Notes under the pieces: generated by a model
What the model saw: the letters and a program-made list of their open reading frames with translations, nothing else
Told to the model about the DNA's origin: nothing
The model's database searches: none
Assembly (NCBI GenBank): GCA_964388325.1
Contig: CAYMAC010000005.1
Span: 63,905-127,904, forward strand
Source of the DNA: an uncultured Simplicispira sp.
GTDB taxonomy: Bacteria > Pseudomonadota > Gammaproteobacteria > Burkholderiales > Burkholderiaceae_C
Length of the DNA stretch: 64,000 nucleotides
Direction of reading: 5' to 3'
Translations under genes and position numbers: made by a program
Shown here: positions 18,578 through 27,658 of the stretch, in pieces
How positions within the stretch are numbered: position 1 is the stretch's first letter
Layout of the letters: each line of letters opens with the position of its first letter

Positions 18578-19827
18578 GCGGCCATTTTAGGGGGGGCAGC
18601 CTCGGGTTGTGCTTGGGGGGATGCTGCTGGCGCATCACCCATCGGGATGCCCGTAACATCGACTGGATGGTTGTGTGCTACTGGCATACGCTGCGCGCGG
18701 GCAATAGACATCAAAATGCCCAGCGCCAGTCCCAGCGTGACCATCGCGGTGCCGCCATAGCTGATAAACGGCAACGGCACGCCCACCACTGGCAACATGC
18801 CGCTGACCATGCCCATGTTGACAAAAGCGTAGGTGAAAAAAATCATCGACACCGCACCGGCCATCAGGCGGCCAAACAAGGTGCCCGCACCCAAGGCAAT
18901 GGCCAAACCGCGCCAAATTAAAAACAAGAAGCAAACCACCAGCATCAGATTGCCCAGCAGGCCAAACTCTTCTGAGTAGGCGGCAAAAATAAAGTCCGTG
19001 GTGCGCTCTGGGATGAACTCTAAATGCGTTTGCGTGCCCGCCATAAAGCCCTTGCCCCAGATGCCCCCCGAGCCTATAGCAATCATGCCTTGGATGATGT
19101 GAAAGCCCTTGCCCAGCGGGTCGCGCGTGGGGTCTAGCAGGGTACACACGCGCTGCTGTTGGTATTCATGCAGCAAGGGCCAGCGTACCCCCGGCGCACA
19201 CAAATCATCACCAAACCAAACTATCAAGCCAATGCCTAGCAGCCCTAGCAGCACCGGAGGAACCACTAGCTTCCAAGGCAAGCCAGCAAAAAAGATGACT
19301 GACAAGCCTGCTGCCAGCACTAGCAGCGAGGTGCCCAAATCGGGCTGCTTCATGATGAGACCCACCGGCACCGCCAGCAGCGCCCCGGCCACCAAAAAGT
19401 CCAGGGGGCGCAATTGGCCCTCACGCTTTTGAAACCACCACGCCAGCATCAGCGGCATGGCAATTTTGAGCAATTCGCTAGGTTGGATGACGATGCCCAA
19501 GTTAATCCAGCGCTGTGAGCCTTTTTTGGTAATGCCAAACAGGGCCACCGCCACCAACAACGCCACGCCTGCGCTATACAAGGGCACCGCCAGCATCAGC
19601 AACCGTTGCGGCGGCACCTGTGCCACCACAAACAAAATGCCTGCTGCCAGCGCCATGTTGCGGCTGTGGTCTCTAAAACGGGTGCCGTGGTCGTAGCCTG
19701 ATGAATACATGGCCACCAGCCCCAAACTGGCCAGCAGTACCAACGCCAGCAGCAGCCAGCCATCAAAGCCACGAAAAAAAGGCTGTAAACGTTGCAGCAG
19801 TGAAGGCCGCTCAAAAGTGATTCCCAT
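18574..19827 (-). CDS. rodA: SEDS-family peptidoglycan glycosyltransferase RodA
   Basis: Collinear with E. coli RodA ('QPSELLKIAMPL', 'DPLGKGFHIIQGMIAIGSGG', 'PERTTDFIFA', 'GMLPVVGVPLPFISYGG'). ATG at 19827. The stop overlaps the tldD ATG (ATGA). Confidence 0.85.
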   Translation of the reverse strand: MGITFERPSLLQRLQPFFRGFDGWLLLALVLLASLGLVAMYSSGYDHGTRFRDHSRNMALAAGILFVVAQVPPQRLLMLAVPLYSAGVALLVAVALFGITKKGSQRWINLGIVIQPSELLKIAMPLMLAWWFQKREGQLRPLDFLVAGALLAVPVGLIMKQPDLGTSLLVLAAGLSVIFFAGLPWKLVVPPVLLGLLGIGLIVWFGDDLCAPGVRWPLLHEYQQQRVCTLLDPTRDPLGKGFHIIQGMIAIGSGGIWGKGFMAGTQTHLEFIPERTTDFIFAAYSEEFGLLGNLMLVVCFLFLIWRGLAIALGAGTLFGRLMAGAVSMIFFTYAFVNMGMVSGMLPVVGVPLPFISYGGTAMVTLGLALGILMSIARAQRMPVAHNHPVDVTGIPMGDAPAASPQAQPEAAPPKMAA

Positions 19828-19929
19828 AGGACGCAATTATCCGTGCAGCAGCAAAAACTGCGCTACAATAGCGGCTTGAATTTGCAAACGCTTCAAAAAA
19901 GCCCAGCAAACACTAAAATTTCAGACGGT

Positions 19930-19958
19930 TTAAGCAAGTCAAATTTTAGTGCTATAAT
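19930..19958 (+). promoter_or_regulatory. Candidate sigma70 promoter for tRNA-Arg (extended -10)
   Basis: TTAAGC (19930-19935), a 17-bp spacer, then TGcTATAAT (-10 at 19953-19958). The predicted start falls a few nt before the tRNA 5' end. Confidence 0.45.
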
Positions 19959-19968
19959 TCAAAGCTTA

Positions 19969-20045
19969 GCGGCTGTAGCTCAGCTGGATAGAGTACTTGG
20001 CTACGAACCAAGGGGTCGTGGGTTCGATTCCTGCCAGCCGCACCA
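19969..20045 (+). tRNA. tRNA-Arg (anticodon ACG)
   Basis: A 77-nt cloverleaf folded by hand: acceptor GCGGCTG/CAGCCGC, D-arm GCTC..GAGT, anticodon stem CTTGG/CCAAG with loop CT-ACG-AA, T-arm GTGGG-TTCGATT-CCTGC, and an encoded CCA. Very similar to E. coli tRNA-Arg(ACG). Confidence 0.95.
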
Positions 20046-20052
20046 ATAAGGT

Positions 20053-20092
20053 AAGCCCTGAAACTGCAAAGTTTCAGGGCTTTTTCCTTTTT
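20053..20092 (+). terminator. Rho-independent terminator after tRNA-Arg
   Basis: An 11-bp perfect stem pairs GCCCTGAAACT (20055-20065) with AGTTTCAGGGC (20070-20080). The loop is GCAA, followed by TTTTTCCTTTTT. Confidence 0.8.
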
Positions 20093-20110
20093 ATCCAAGG
20101 CTTTCTTGCC

Positions 20111-20680
20111 ATGAGCAAAGCATCCACTAAACCATCCGCTGGCGCAGACGATGACGACGACATCAGCCTGCCACCCCTGCCCGCTGGTAGCAAAAATTAC
20201 ATTACCCCGCTGGGTTATGGCCGCCTCAAGGCCGAGCTGCTGGCGCTGATTGATATAGAGCGTCCGCGCATCGTAGAGATTGTGCATTGGGCCGCCAGCA
20301 ATGGCGACCGCTCCGAAAACGGTGACTACCTGTACGGCAAAAAACGCCTGCGCGAAATTGACCGCCGCATCCGCTTTCTCACCAAGCGCCTAGAGCTGGC
20401 CGAAGTGGTGGACCCGGCGCTGCACAGGGGCAAAGACCAAGTGTTTTTTGGGGCCACAGTCACTTATGTGGACGATTTGGACTGCCAGCGCAGCATCACT
20501 ATTTTGGGCATTGACGAGGCCGATAGCGCGCAAGGCCAAATCAGTTGGGTTGCGCCGGTAGCGCGCGCCTTGCTCAAGGCGCGTGTGGGTGACCAAATAG
20601 ACTTGCCCACCCCGGCAGGGCTACGCACCCTAGAGATTTTGCAAGTGTGCTACAGCACGGCTTTTTCAGTAGTGCTGTAG
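20111..20680 (+). CDS. greB: Transcription elongation factor GreB (with a roughly 28-aa acidic N-terminal extension)
   Basis: 'WAASNGDRSENGDYLYGKKRLREIDRRIRFL' matches the Gre coiled-coil tip and core. ATG at 20111. The track ORF 19997.. runs through the tRNA and is rejected. Confidence 0.85.
   Translation: MSKASTKPSAGADDDDDISLPPLPAGSKNYITPLGYGRLKAELLALIDIERPRIVEIVHWAASNGDRSENGDYLYGKKRLREIDRRIRFLTKRLELAEVVDPALHRGKDQVFFGATVTYVDDLDCQRSITILGIDEADSAQGQISWVAPVARALLKARVGDQIDLPTPAGLRTLEILQVCYSTAFSVVL
20650..20680. other. Perfect 9-bp inverted repeat spanning the greB stop codon, 8 nt from the convergent spoT stop
   Basis: CTACAGCAC (20650-20658) and GTGCTGTAG (20672-20680) with a 13-nt loop. No T-run on either side. 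Confidence 0.5.
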
Positions 20681-20688
20681 CCGGGGTC

Positions 20689-22953
20689 TTAGCGGCGCGA
20701 GGCGCGCAACACGGCGGGTACTCGGTGCAGGTTACGCAGGGCAGTTTCTAAATGAATTTGGTCGCGCACGGCCACCACAAAACGCAAATCAATCGTGTCT
20801 AGCGCTACTTCGTCGTCCATATCCACATGGATGATGTCCACCTCGGTACTGGCCAACTCCGAGGCAATGCGCGCCAGCACGCCTTTACCGTTGCTGATGG
20901 TGACGACAATGCCAGCCTCAAACAGGCGCGTAGGCTCTTCGGCCCAATCGACGGTAATAAAGCGTTCGCTGTCGCGGTGCTGCAATTTTTGCGCCGTGGC
21001 ACATTGGGCGGTATGTACCACCAAGCCCTCACCGCGCCCTAAGTAGCCAATGATGTTATCCCCCGGAATCGGGCGGCAACAGCGCGCATATTGCACCGAG
21101 GCGTTTTCGCTGCCATCGAGGCTCAGGCCACCTTGCGAGACAGTTTCGTGCGAGGTGTAGCGCTCGCGCGTCATGAGCAGGGCATCGGGGCGGTGGCCAT
21201 GTTCACTCATTAGCACAGTGAGGCGTTTGGCCACAATGCTGGCTACCCGTTTGCCCAAGCCAATGTCGGTCATGAGTTCGTCGCGGCTGTGGCTGCCGGT
21301 AAAGCGCAGTAGCTTGTCCCAAATGACTTTGGTGTTGCCATCTTCGGGCGGCAAGCCTTCAATGCCTTCGGCGCGCAGGGCTTGGGTCAGTAGCTTTTCG
21401 CCCAAGCCTTCGGACTCAGAATGGGCCAAAGTTTTCAGGTAATGGCGAATTTTGGAGCGCGCGCGCCCAGTACGCACAAAGCCTAGCCAAGCGGGGTTAG
21501 GGGTGGCCTCGGCAGTGGTGATAATTTCTACCACATCGCCATTTTTCAGTTCGGTGCGTAGCGGCACCTGCTCGTTGTTGATTTTGGCCGCCGAGGTGCG
21601 GTTGCCAACGTTGCTGTGGATAGCATAGGCAAAATCAACCACCGTGGCCCCTTGCGGCATGGCCATAATTTGGCTTTTGGGGGTGAACACATACACCGCA
21701 TCGGGGAACAAATCAACTTTAACGTGGTCCCAAAACTCGGCGGCATCGCGGGTTTCGTTTTGGATGTCGAGCAAGGATTGCAGCCATTGGGTGCCTAGGC
21801 GCTCGGCGGCGGTGCTATCGTGCTCTTGTGCTTTATACAACCAATGCGCTGCCACGCCAGCTTCGGCAATGATGTGCATCTCTTCGGTGCGTAACTGAAA
21901 CTCTATGTTGATGCCCGATGGCCCTACCAATGTGGTGTGCAAAGACTGGTAACCATTGAGCTTGGCAATGGCGATATGGTCTTTGAACTTGCTGGGCACT
22001 GGTTTGTACAGTTGGTGCAGCAGACCCAAGCCGGTGTAGCAATCAATGATGCTGGGCACAATCACGCGAAAGCCATACAAATCCGTCACCTGGGCAAAAC
22101 TCAGGTGCTTGAGCATCATTTTTTGGTAAATGGCGTAGAGGGTTTTTTCGCGCCCGGCCAAGCGCACCTTCATGCCCGCTTTGGCAAACACGGTATCGAC
22201 ATCGGCCTGCACTTTTTGAATCAGGTCACGGCGGCGGCTGCGCGCTTTTTGGATGGCCTTGCTCAGGGTGGCATAACGCCACGGGTGCAGGTGGCGAAAA
22301 GACAGGTCTTGCAGCTCGCGGAAGGTTTGGTTCAGGCCCAAACGGTGGGCAATTGGGGCGTAAATTTCAATCGTTTCGGACGATATGCGCTTCCATTTGC
22401 TGCGCGGCATGTCCGACAAGGTTCGCATGTTGTGCGTACGGTCGGCCAGTTTGATAAGAATGACGCGCACATCACGCGCCATCGCCAGCAGCATTTTGCG
22501 AAAAGACTCGGCTTGGTTTTCTTCGCGCGTGTCAAATTGCAGTTTGTCGAGTTTGGTCAGCCCATCGACCAACTCGGCCACTGGCACACCAAAGCGCTCG
22601 ATTAAATCGGCTTTGGTGATGCCACAGTCTTCCATGGCATCGTGCAGCAGGGCGGCCATCAGCGCTTGGGCATCCAACTTCCAAGTAGCGCATTGTGCGG
22701 CCACTGCAATCGGGTGGGTGATGTAGGGTTCACCGCTGTTGCGTAGCTGGCCCAAGTGGGCCGCGTCGGCATAGCGGTAGGCTTGGCGCACCAGCTCAAT
22801 GCTGGCTGGGTCAAGGTAGTCTAAATTGTCGGTCAGGGCGGCAAAACTAGCCGCTGCTGCATTGGCGGCTGCCGCTGCGGCATCCCCGCCAACCGGGGGG
22901 GCATCCGCCTGTGAGGAGCCAAGAGAGGTGGGGTTTTTCAAAGCCGGTTTCAT
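20689..22953 (-). CDS. spoT: Bifunctional (p)ppGpp synthetase/hydrolase (RelA/SpoT homologue with an intact HD domain)
   Basis: HD hydrolase motifs 'YITHPIAVA' and 'LLHDAMED'; synthetase 'GYQSLHTTL'; TGS and ACT-like C-terminal regions. Confidence 0.9.
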   Translation of the reverse strand: MKPALKNPTSLGSSQADAPPVGGDAAAAAANAAAASFAALTDNLDYLDPASIELVRQAYRYADAAHLGQLRNSGEPYITHPIAVAAQCATWKLDAQALMAALLHDAMEDCGITKADLIERFGVPVAELVDGLTKLDKLQFDTREENQAESFRKMLLAMARDVRVILIKLADRTHNMRTLSDMPRSKWKRISSETIEIYAPIAHRLGLNQTFRELQDLSFRHLHPWRYATLSKAIQKARSRRRDLIQKVQADVDTVFAKAGMKVRLAGREKTLYAIYQKMMLKHLSFAQVTDLYGFRVIVPSIIDCYTGLGLLHQLYKPVPSKFKDHIAIAKLNGYQSLHTTLVGPSGINIEFQLRTEEMHIIAEAGVAAHWLYKAQEHDSTAAERLGTQWLQSLLDIQNETRDAAEFWDHVKVDLFPDAVYVFTPKSQIMAMPQGATVVDFAYAIHSNVGNRTSAAKINNEQVPLRTELKNGDVVEIITTAEATPNPAWLGFVRTGRARSKIRHYLKTLAHSESEGLGEKLLTQALRAEGIEGLPPEDGNTKVIWDKLLRFTGSHSRDELMTDIGLGKRVASIVAKRLTVLMSEHGHRPDALLMTRERYTSHETVSQGGLSLDGSENASVQYARCCRPIPGDNIIGYLGRGEGLVVHTAQCATAQKLQHRDSERFITVDWAEEPTRLFEAGIVVTISNGKGVLARIASELASTEVDIIHVDMDDEVALDTIDLRFVVAVRDQIHLETALRNLHRVPAVLRASRR

Positions 22954-23125
22954 GCCTCAAATGTAGCGTTGCTGTGCTAGGTGTGCAAAACAGGAAAAAA
23001 GACCATTTTGCCTATTCGCTTTTGCTGCTGCCCAAAGACATGGCCTTGGCGGCAATTTTGGCAGTAGATGAACGCTACAGCGTTAAGATGGATGGCCTCC
23101 CCCAACTGCAACAACAGGAGACAAC

Positions 23126-24040
23126 ATGGCAACAAAAGCGTGGGCAGCAGCTGCTTGGTGCCTAGCATTGGTGGCCTGTGGTCCACAGCCCGATACTGCG
23201 CGCACAGCACCACAATACAGCACGCAAGCCCCCGAGGGGGTGCGCCAGTATGTGTTTGCCATCCATCCGCTGCACAATCCGGCACGCTTGTTTGCCTTGT
23301 ATGGGCCACTGATTGACTACCTGAACCAGCATTTGCCCGACACGCCACTGCGGCTAGAGGCTTCGCGCAATTACGAAGAGTTTGAAAAAAAACTGTATGG
23401 CCGCCAATTAGACTTTGCCTTGCCCAACCCCTATCAAACCCGCAATTCCTTACGTTATGGTTATCGGGTCATTGCCAAAATGGGCAATGATGAGCTGTTT
23501 ACCGGGCTGATTTTGGTGCGCCGCGATAGCGACATCCAGCAAGTAATTGACCTCAAAGGTAAAAAAGTGGCCTATCCAGCTGCCACAGCGCTGGCTGCTA
23601 CCATGATGCCGCAATACTACTTACAAACCCACGGCTTGGATGTGCAACGTGATGTAGATAACCTGTATGTAGGCTCGCAAGAGTCTTCTATCCTGAACGT
23701 CTACTATGGTCACACCGCTGCAGCTGCTACATGGCCACTGCCGTGGCGCGAGTTCCAAAAAGAGCAACCCGACAAAGCCGCCGAATTAGAAGTGAAATGG
23801 CAAACCGAACCCCTGATTAACAACGGCGTAGTGGCACGCGATGATGTACCGCCAGAGCTGGCCGAAAAAATCACCGTGCTGCTAGAAACCCTGCACACTA
23901 CCCCCGCAGGAGAAGCACTGCTCAAACGGCTAGAGCTATCGCAGTTTGAGCGCGCTGACAACCAACGCTACCAAGTGATTGAAGATTTTTTACGGCGCTT
24001 TCAGCAAAAAGTGCGCCCCCTGCCCCAGGAGCAACCATGA
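23126..24040 (+). CDS. PhnD-like periplasmic substrate-binding lipoprotein (phosphonate-binding family fold) associated with a sensor kinase
   Basis: Lipobox 'LALVACG'. Collinear with PhnD-type binding proteins ('VFAIHPLHNP', 'GKKVAYPAATALAA', 'VKWQTEPLINNGVVARDD'). AGGAG RBS. The stop overlaps the kinase ATG (ATGA). Confidence 0.75.
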   Translation: MATKAWAAAAWCLALVACGPQPDTARTAPQYSTQAPEGVRQYVFAIHPLHNPARLFALYGPLIDYLNQHLPDTPLRLEASRNYEEFEKKLYGRQLDFALPNPYQTRNSLRYGYRVIAKMGNDELFTGLILVRRDSDIQQVIDLKGKKVAYPAATALAATMMPQYYLQTHGLDVQRDVDNLYVGSQESSILNVYYGHTAAAATWPLPWREFQKEQPDKAAELEVKWQTEPLINNGVVARDDVPPELAEKITVLLETLHTTPAGEALLKRLELSQFERADNQRYQVIEDFLRRFQQKVRPLPQEQP

Positions 24041-26643
24041 CGGCTGCTGCATGGCAACGGGTCACAAACAGCGTAATGGGTGGTGCCTTTAAGCGCCAAA
24101 TTGTGCTGGTGTTTGCACTGGGATTTTTGTGCCTGTTTAGTGCTCTAGTAGCTTATTTGGTGCGCGCACAAAGCCAAAATTTGTATGAAGAAAACCACAA
24201 CGCTGCCCAAGGCTTGGCGCAATCGCTGGCGGTGAGTTCGCGCTCTTGGGTGCTGGCCCACGATTTAATGGGGCTAGAAGAGGTGATTGTCTCGTTTGCC
24301 TCTTATCCCGGCCTGCACTATGCGATGGTGCTGTCGCCCACAGGACGGGTGCTGGCGCATACCGACCCCAGCAAAATGGGCCTGTTCATCCACGACGAGA
24401 CCAGCAAAATTTTGCTACAACCGCCCAATGGCCCACACCAAAGGCTGGCCGATGATGCTCAACTGATTGACATTGCGGTACCCATTGCCTTGGGCGAGCG
24501 CCACCTTGGTTGGGCGCGCGTGGCACTGGGGCGCGAGACTATTCAAGCCGATTTGCGCGCTGTCATTGTCCGCAGTATGGTGTTCATTGGCTTGGCCACT
24601 GCTTTGGCCTTGCTGGCATCGGCCCTGATTGCCAACCGTTTGGCGCGGCGCATTGCCGCTTTGGTGGGCGTGGCCGACAAGGTACGCAACGGCGATAGCA
24701 GTGTACGCGCCGACCTCCGTGGTGCCGTCGATGAAGTCACACTGCTGGCCGAAAGTTTTAACCGCATGTTGGATGCCTTAGAGCAAAACCAACAGGCGCT
24801 ACGCACCGCCTCGCGTTACAGCCGCAGCCTGATAGAAGCCCACCTAGACCCCCTGCTGGTAGTTAGCAGCGCTGGCAAAATTACCGACCTCAACCACGCG
24901 GCTGAAACCATCACTGGACGTAGCCGCCAAGCTTTATTAGGCACTGATTTTGCCGAGCATTGCACCGAGCCAGAACAAGCCCATGCGCTGTTTGTGCAAG
25001 CACTGGCCAGCGAACAAGTCACAGACCGCGCCCTGTCCATTCGCCACCTTGATGGCCATGTCACCCATGTGCTGTATAACGCTGGTATCTTCCGTAACGC
25101 TTTGGGCGAAGTGCTGGGCGTGCTGGCCGCCGCCCGTGACATCACCGAGCGCCAGCGCCTCGACGAAGAAATGCGCCGCTACAAAGACCGCCTAGAAGCC
25201 GAAGTGCAGCAACGTACCGCCGATTTGGTACTGGCACGCAATGCCGCTGAGGCAGCCAACCAAGCCAAAAGTGCCTTTTTGGCCAATATGAGCCACGAGC
25301 TACGCACGCCGCTCAATGCGGTGCTGGGCTTTTCTAACATGGTGCGCCGTGACCCGCAGTTGCCCGAACGCCTGCGCCAAAACCTTGACATCATTAACCG
25401 CAGCGGCGAACACCTACTCACCCTCATCAACGACGTGTTAGACATGGCCAAAATTGAGGCCGGGCGCGTGCAGTTGCAGCAAGTGCCATTTGACTTGGGT
25501 GCGTTGGTGCGCGATGTGACCGACATGATGCAAATCCGGGCGCAAGAAAAGGGGCTGCATTTATTGATTGACCAAGACTCAGAGTTTCCACGCTACATCG
25601 TGGGTGACGAGGCCCGCTTGCGCCAAGTGTTCATCAACTTGTTGGGCAATGCCATTAAATTTACCGAGCAAGGCGGGGTGTCGATACGCTTGGGCACGCG
25701 ACAAAACCAACAATCGCATTTGGTGATTGAAGTGGAAGATTCTGGCCCCGGCATTGCCCCCCAACACCAAGAAGGCATCTTTTTGCCCTTTACCCAAATT
25801 GGCGAGCAAGGCATTAACAAAGGCACCGGCTTGGGCCTGACCATCACACGCCAGTTTGTGCAACTGATGCACGGCACCATCACCCTGCACAGCACTGTGG
25901 GTGTGGGTTCGGTGTTTCGCATAGAGTTGCCCTTGCAAGCAGCGTTAGAGTCCGACATCCAACGCCCCGAGGCCATCCAACATGGCGAAGTGGTAGGTTT
26001 GGCCCCAGGCCAGCAACCTTGGCGCATTTTGATTGTCGAAGACCAACGCGACAACCAAGTGCTGCTGTCGCAATTGTTGGGTACGGTAGGTTTTGAGTGG
26101 CGTATTTCTGAAAACGGTGCTAAAGGTGTGCAAATGTTCCAAGAATGGCACCCTGACTTTATCTGGATGGACCACCGGATGCCCGTAATGGATGGCGTAG
26201 AAGCCACGCGGCACATTCGGCAATTGCCCGGCGGCCAAGAGGTCAAAATCGTCGCCGTCACGGCCTCGGCCTTGCAAGAGCAAAAGGCCGAACTCTTGGC
26301 CGCTGGTATGGATGATTTTGTGCGTAAACCGTACCGCTCCAGCGAGATTTTTGACACCATGGCCAAACATTTGGGGGTGCGTTATACCTACGAGGGCCTA
26401 CCCGAGGCCGATGATGGCGCGGCCACCGCCCTGAGCGTGGAGATGTTTACTGCGCTGCCCGATGCCCTGTGCCAACAATTACAACAAGCCCTAGAAAGTT
26501 TAGAAAACGAGGCCATTGACCTTGCGTTGCGGGCCGTAGCTGGGCACGATGCAGTTTTGGGCAAAAATTTGCGCCGTTTAGTGAACAATTTTGACTATCC
26601 GGCCATCCTCAACATCCTACAAGCGCGCCTCCATGTCGCATAA
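24037..26643 (+). CDS. Hybrid sensor histidine kinase (periplasmic sensor, HAMP, PAS, HisKA, HATPase, REC, C-terminal helical tail)
   Basis: Two TM segments flank a domain of about 150 aa. HAMP 'AESFNRMLDAL', H-box 'FLANMSHELRTPLNAV', G-boxes 'DSGPGI' and 'GTGLGLTI', REC 'ILIVEDQRDNQ...DFIWMDHRMPVMDG...VAVTASA'. Confidence 0.9.
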   Translation: MTAAAWQRVTNSVMGGAFKRQIVLVFALGFLCLFSALVAYLVRAQSQNLYEENHNAAQGLAQSLAVSSRSWVLAHDLMGLEEVIVSFASYPGLHYAMVLSPTGRVLAHTDPSKMGLFIHDETSKILLQPPNGPHQRLADDAQLIDIAVPIALGERHLGWARVALGRETIQADLRAVIVRSMVFIGLATALALLASALIANRLARRIAALVGVADKVRNGDSSVRADLRGAVDEVTLLAESFNRMLDALEQNQQALRTASRYSRSLIEAHLDPLLVVSSAGKITDLNHAAETITGRSRQALLGTDFAEHCTEPEQAHALFVQALASEQVTDRALSIRHLDGHVTHVLYNAGIFRNALGEVLGVLAAARDITERQRLDEEMRRYKDRLEAEVQQRTADLVLARNAAEAANQAKSAFLANMSHELRTPLNAVLGFSNMVRRDPQLPERLRQNLDIINRSGEHLLTLINDVLDMAKIEAGRVQLQQVPFDLGALVRDVTDMMQIRAQEKGLHLLIDQDSEFPRYIVGDEARLRQVFINLLGNAIKFTEQGGVSIRLGTRQNQQSHLVIEVEDSGPGIAPQHQEGIFLPFTQIGEQGINKGTGLGLTITRQFVQLMHGTITLHSTVGVGSVFRIELPLQAALESDIQRPEAIQHGEVVGLAPGQQPWRILIVEDQRDNQVLLSQLLGTVGFEWRISENGAKGVQMFQEWHPDFIWMDHRMPVMDGVEATRHIRQLPGGQEVKIVAVTASALQEQKAELLAAGMDDFVRKPYRSSEIFDTMAKHLGVRYTYEGLPEADDGAATALSVEMFTALPDALCQQLQQALESLENEAIDLALRAVAGHDAVLGKNLRRLVNNFDYPAILNILQARLHVA

Positions 26644-27658
26644 AGGAAGAATTCTGGCCGTCGATGACACTGCGGCCTCGCTCAAATTGCTGTCCGATTT
26701 GTTGCGTAACGAGGGCTACGATGTGCGCTCGGCCATCAATGGCGAGTTGGCGCTGCGCTCAGCAGCCATCAATCCGCCCGAGTTGGTGCTGCTCGATATT
26801 CGGATGCCCGAAATGGACGGCTTTGAAGTCTGCCGCCGCCTCAAAGCAGACCCTATCACCGCGCAGGTGCCAGTGATTTTTGTCAGCGCCCTGACCGATA
26901 CCGATGAAAAGCTACATGGCTTTGAACTGGGGGCGGTAGATTTTGTGACCAAGCCGTTTCAGCGCGAGGAACTGTTGGCACGGGTGCGGGTGCATTTAGA
27001 AGTGGACCGCCTACGCAATCACCTAGAAGAAGCAGTGCAAGAGCGCACACGCAAGTTGCAAGAAAGCCAAGAATACCAGCGCAAAACGCTGGTTGATTTT
27101 GTGGCCACCTTGGGGGCTACGGTGGAGTTGCGCGACCCCTACACCGCTGGCCACCAGCGCCGGGTGGCAGACTTGGCGAGTGCCATTGCCCGGCAATTGC
27201 AATGGCCACAAGAGCAAATAGAGGGCTTGTATCTGGCCAGTGTGGTGCATGATTTTGGCAAAATCAGGGTGCCCACCGAAATTTTGTGCAAACCGGGCAA
27301 ACTCAAAGATTTAGAGTTTCGACTGGTGCAAGAGCACTCTAAAACCGGCTATGACATTTTGCAATCGATTGCCTTTCCGTGGCCGATTGCCCAAACCGTC
27401 TATCAGCACCATGAGCGTTTAGATGGCTCAGGCTATCCACAAGGGTTGCACGGCCCCGACATCTTGCCCGAGGCCAAAGTGCTGGCCGTGGCCGATGTGG
27501 TCGAAGCCATGATGTCGCATCGCCCCTACCGGGCCAGCTTGGGGCCAGAAGTGGCGCTACAAGAAATTGAAAAACACCGGGGCACCTTTTACGAGGCCGA
27601 GGTGGTAGATGCGTGCGTGTGCCTGTTTCGAGAGCAGGGGTATCGGCTACCCAACTAA
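26633..27658 (+). CDS. Response regulator with REC + HD-GYP domain (second copy in the window)
   Basis: 'ILAVDDTAASL...LLDIRMPEMDG', 'HDFGKIRVP' and 'HHERLDGSGYPQGL'. ATG at 26633 overlaps the kinase 3' end by 11 nt. Confidence 0.85.
   Translation: MSHKGRILAVDDTAASLKLLSDLLRNEGYDVRSAINGELALRSAAINPPELVLLDIRMPEMDGFEVCRRLKADPITAQVPVIFVSALTDTDEKLHGFELGAVDFVTKPFQREELLARVRVHLEVDRLRNHLEEAVQERTRKLQESQEYQRKTLVDFVATLGATVELRDPYTAGHQRRVADLASAIARQLQWPQEQIEGLYLASVVHDFGKIRVPTEILCKPGKLKDLEFRLVQEHSKTGYDILQSIAFPWPIAQTVYQHHERLDGSGYPQGLHGPDILPEAKVLAVADVVEAMMSHRPYRASLGPEVALQEIEKHRGTFYEAEVVDACVCLFREQGYRLPN

Noticed and set aside
19837-20700. Genomic island or integrase at the tRNA-Arg locus
   Set aside because: The tRNA is followed by its own terminator and the housekeeping greB. 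There is no integrase, no direct repeat of the tRNA 3' end and no compositional break.
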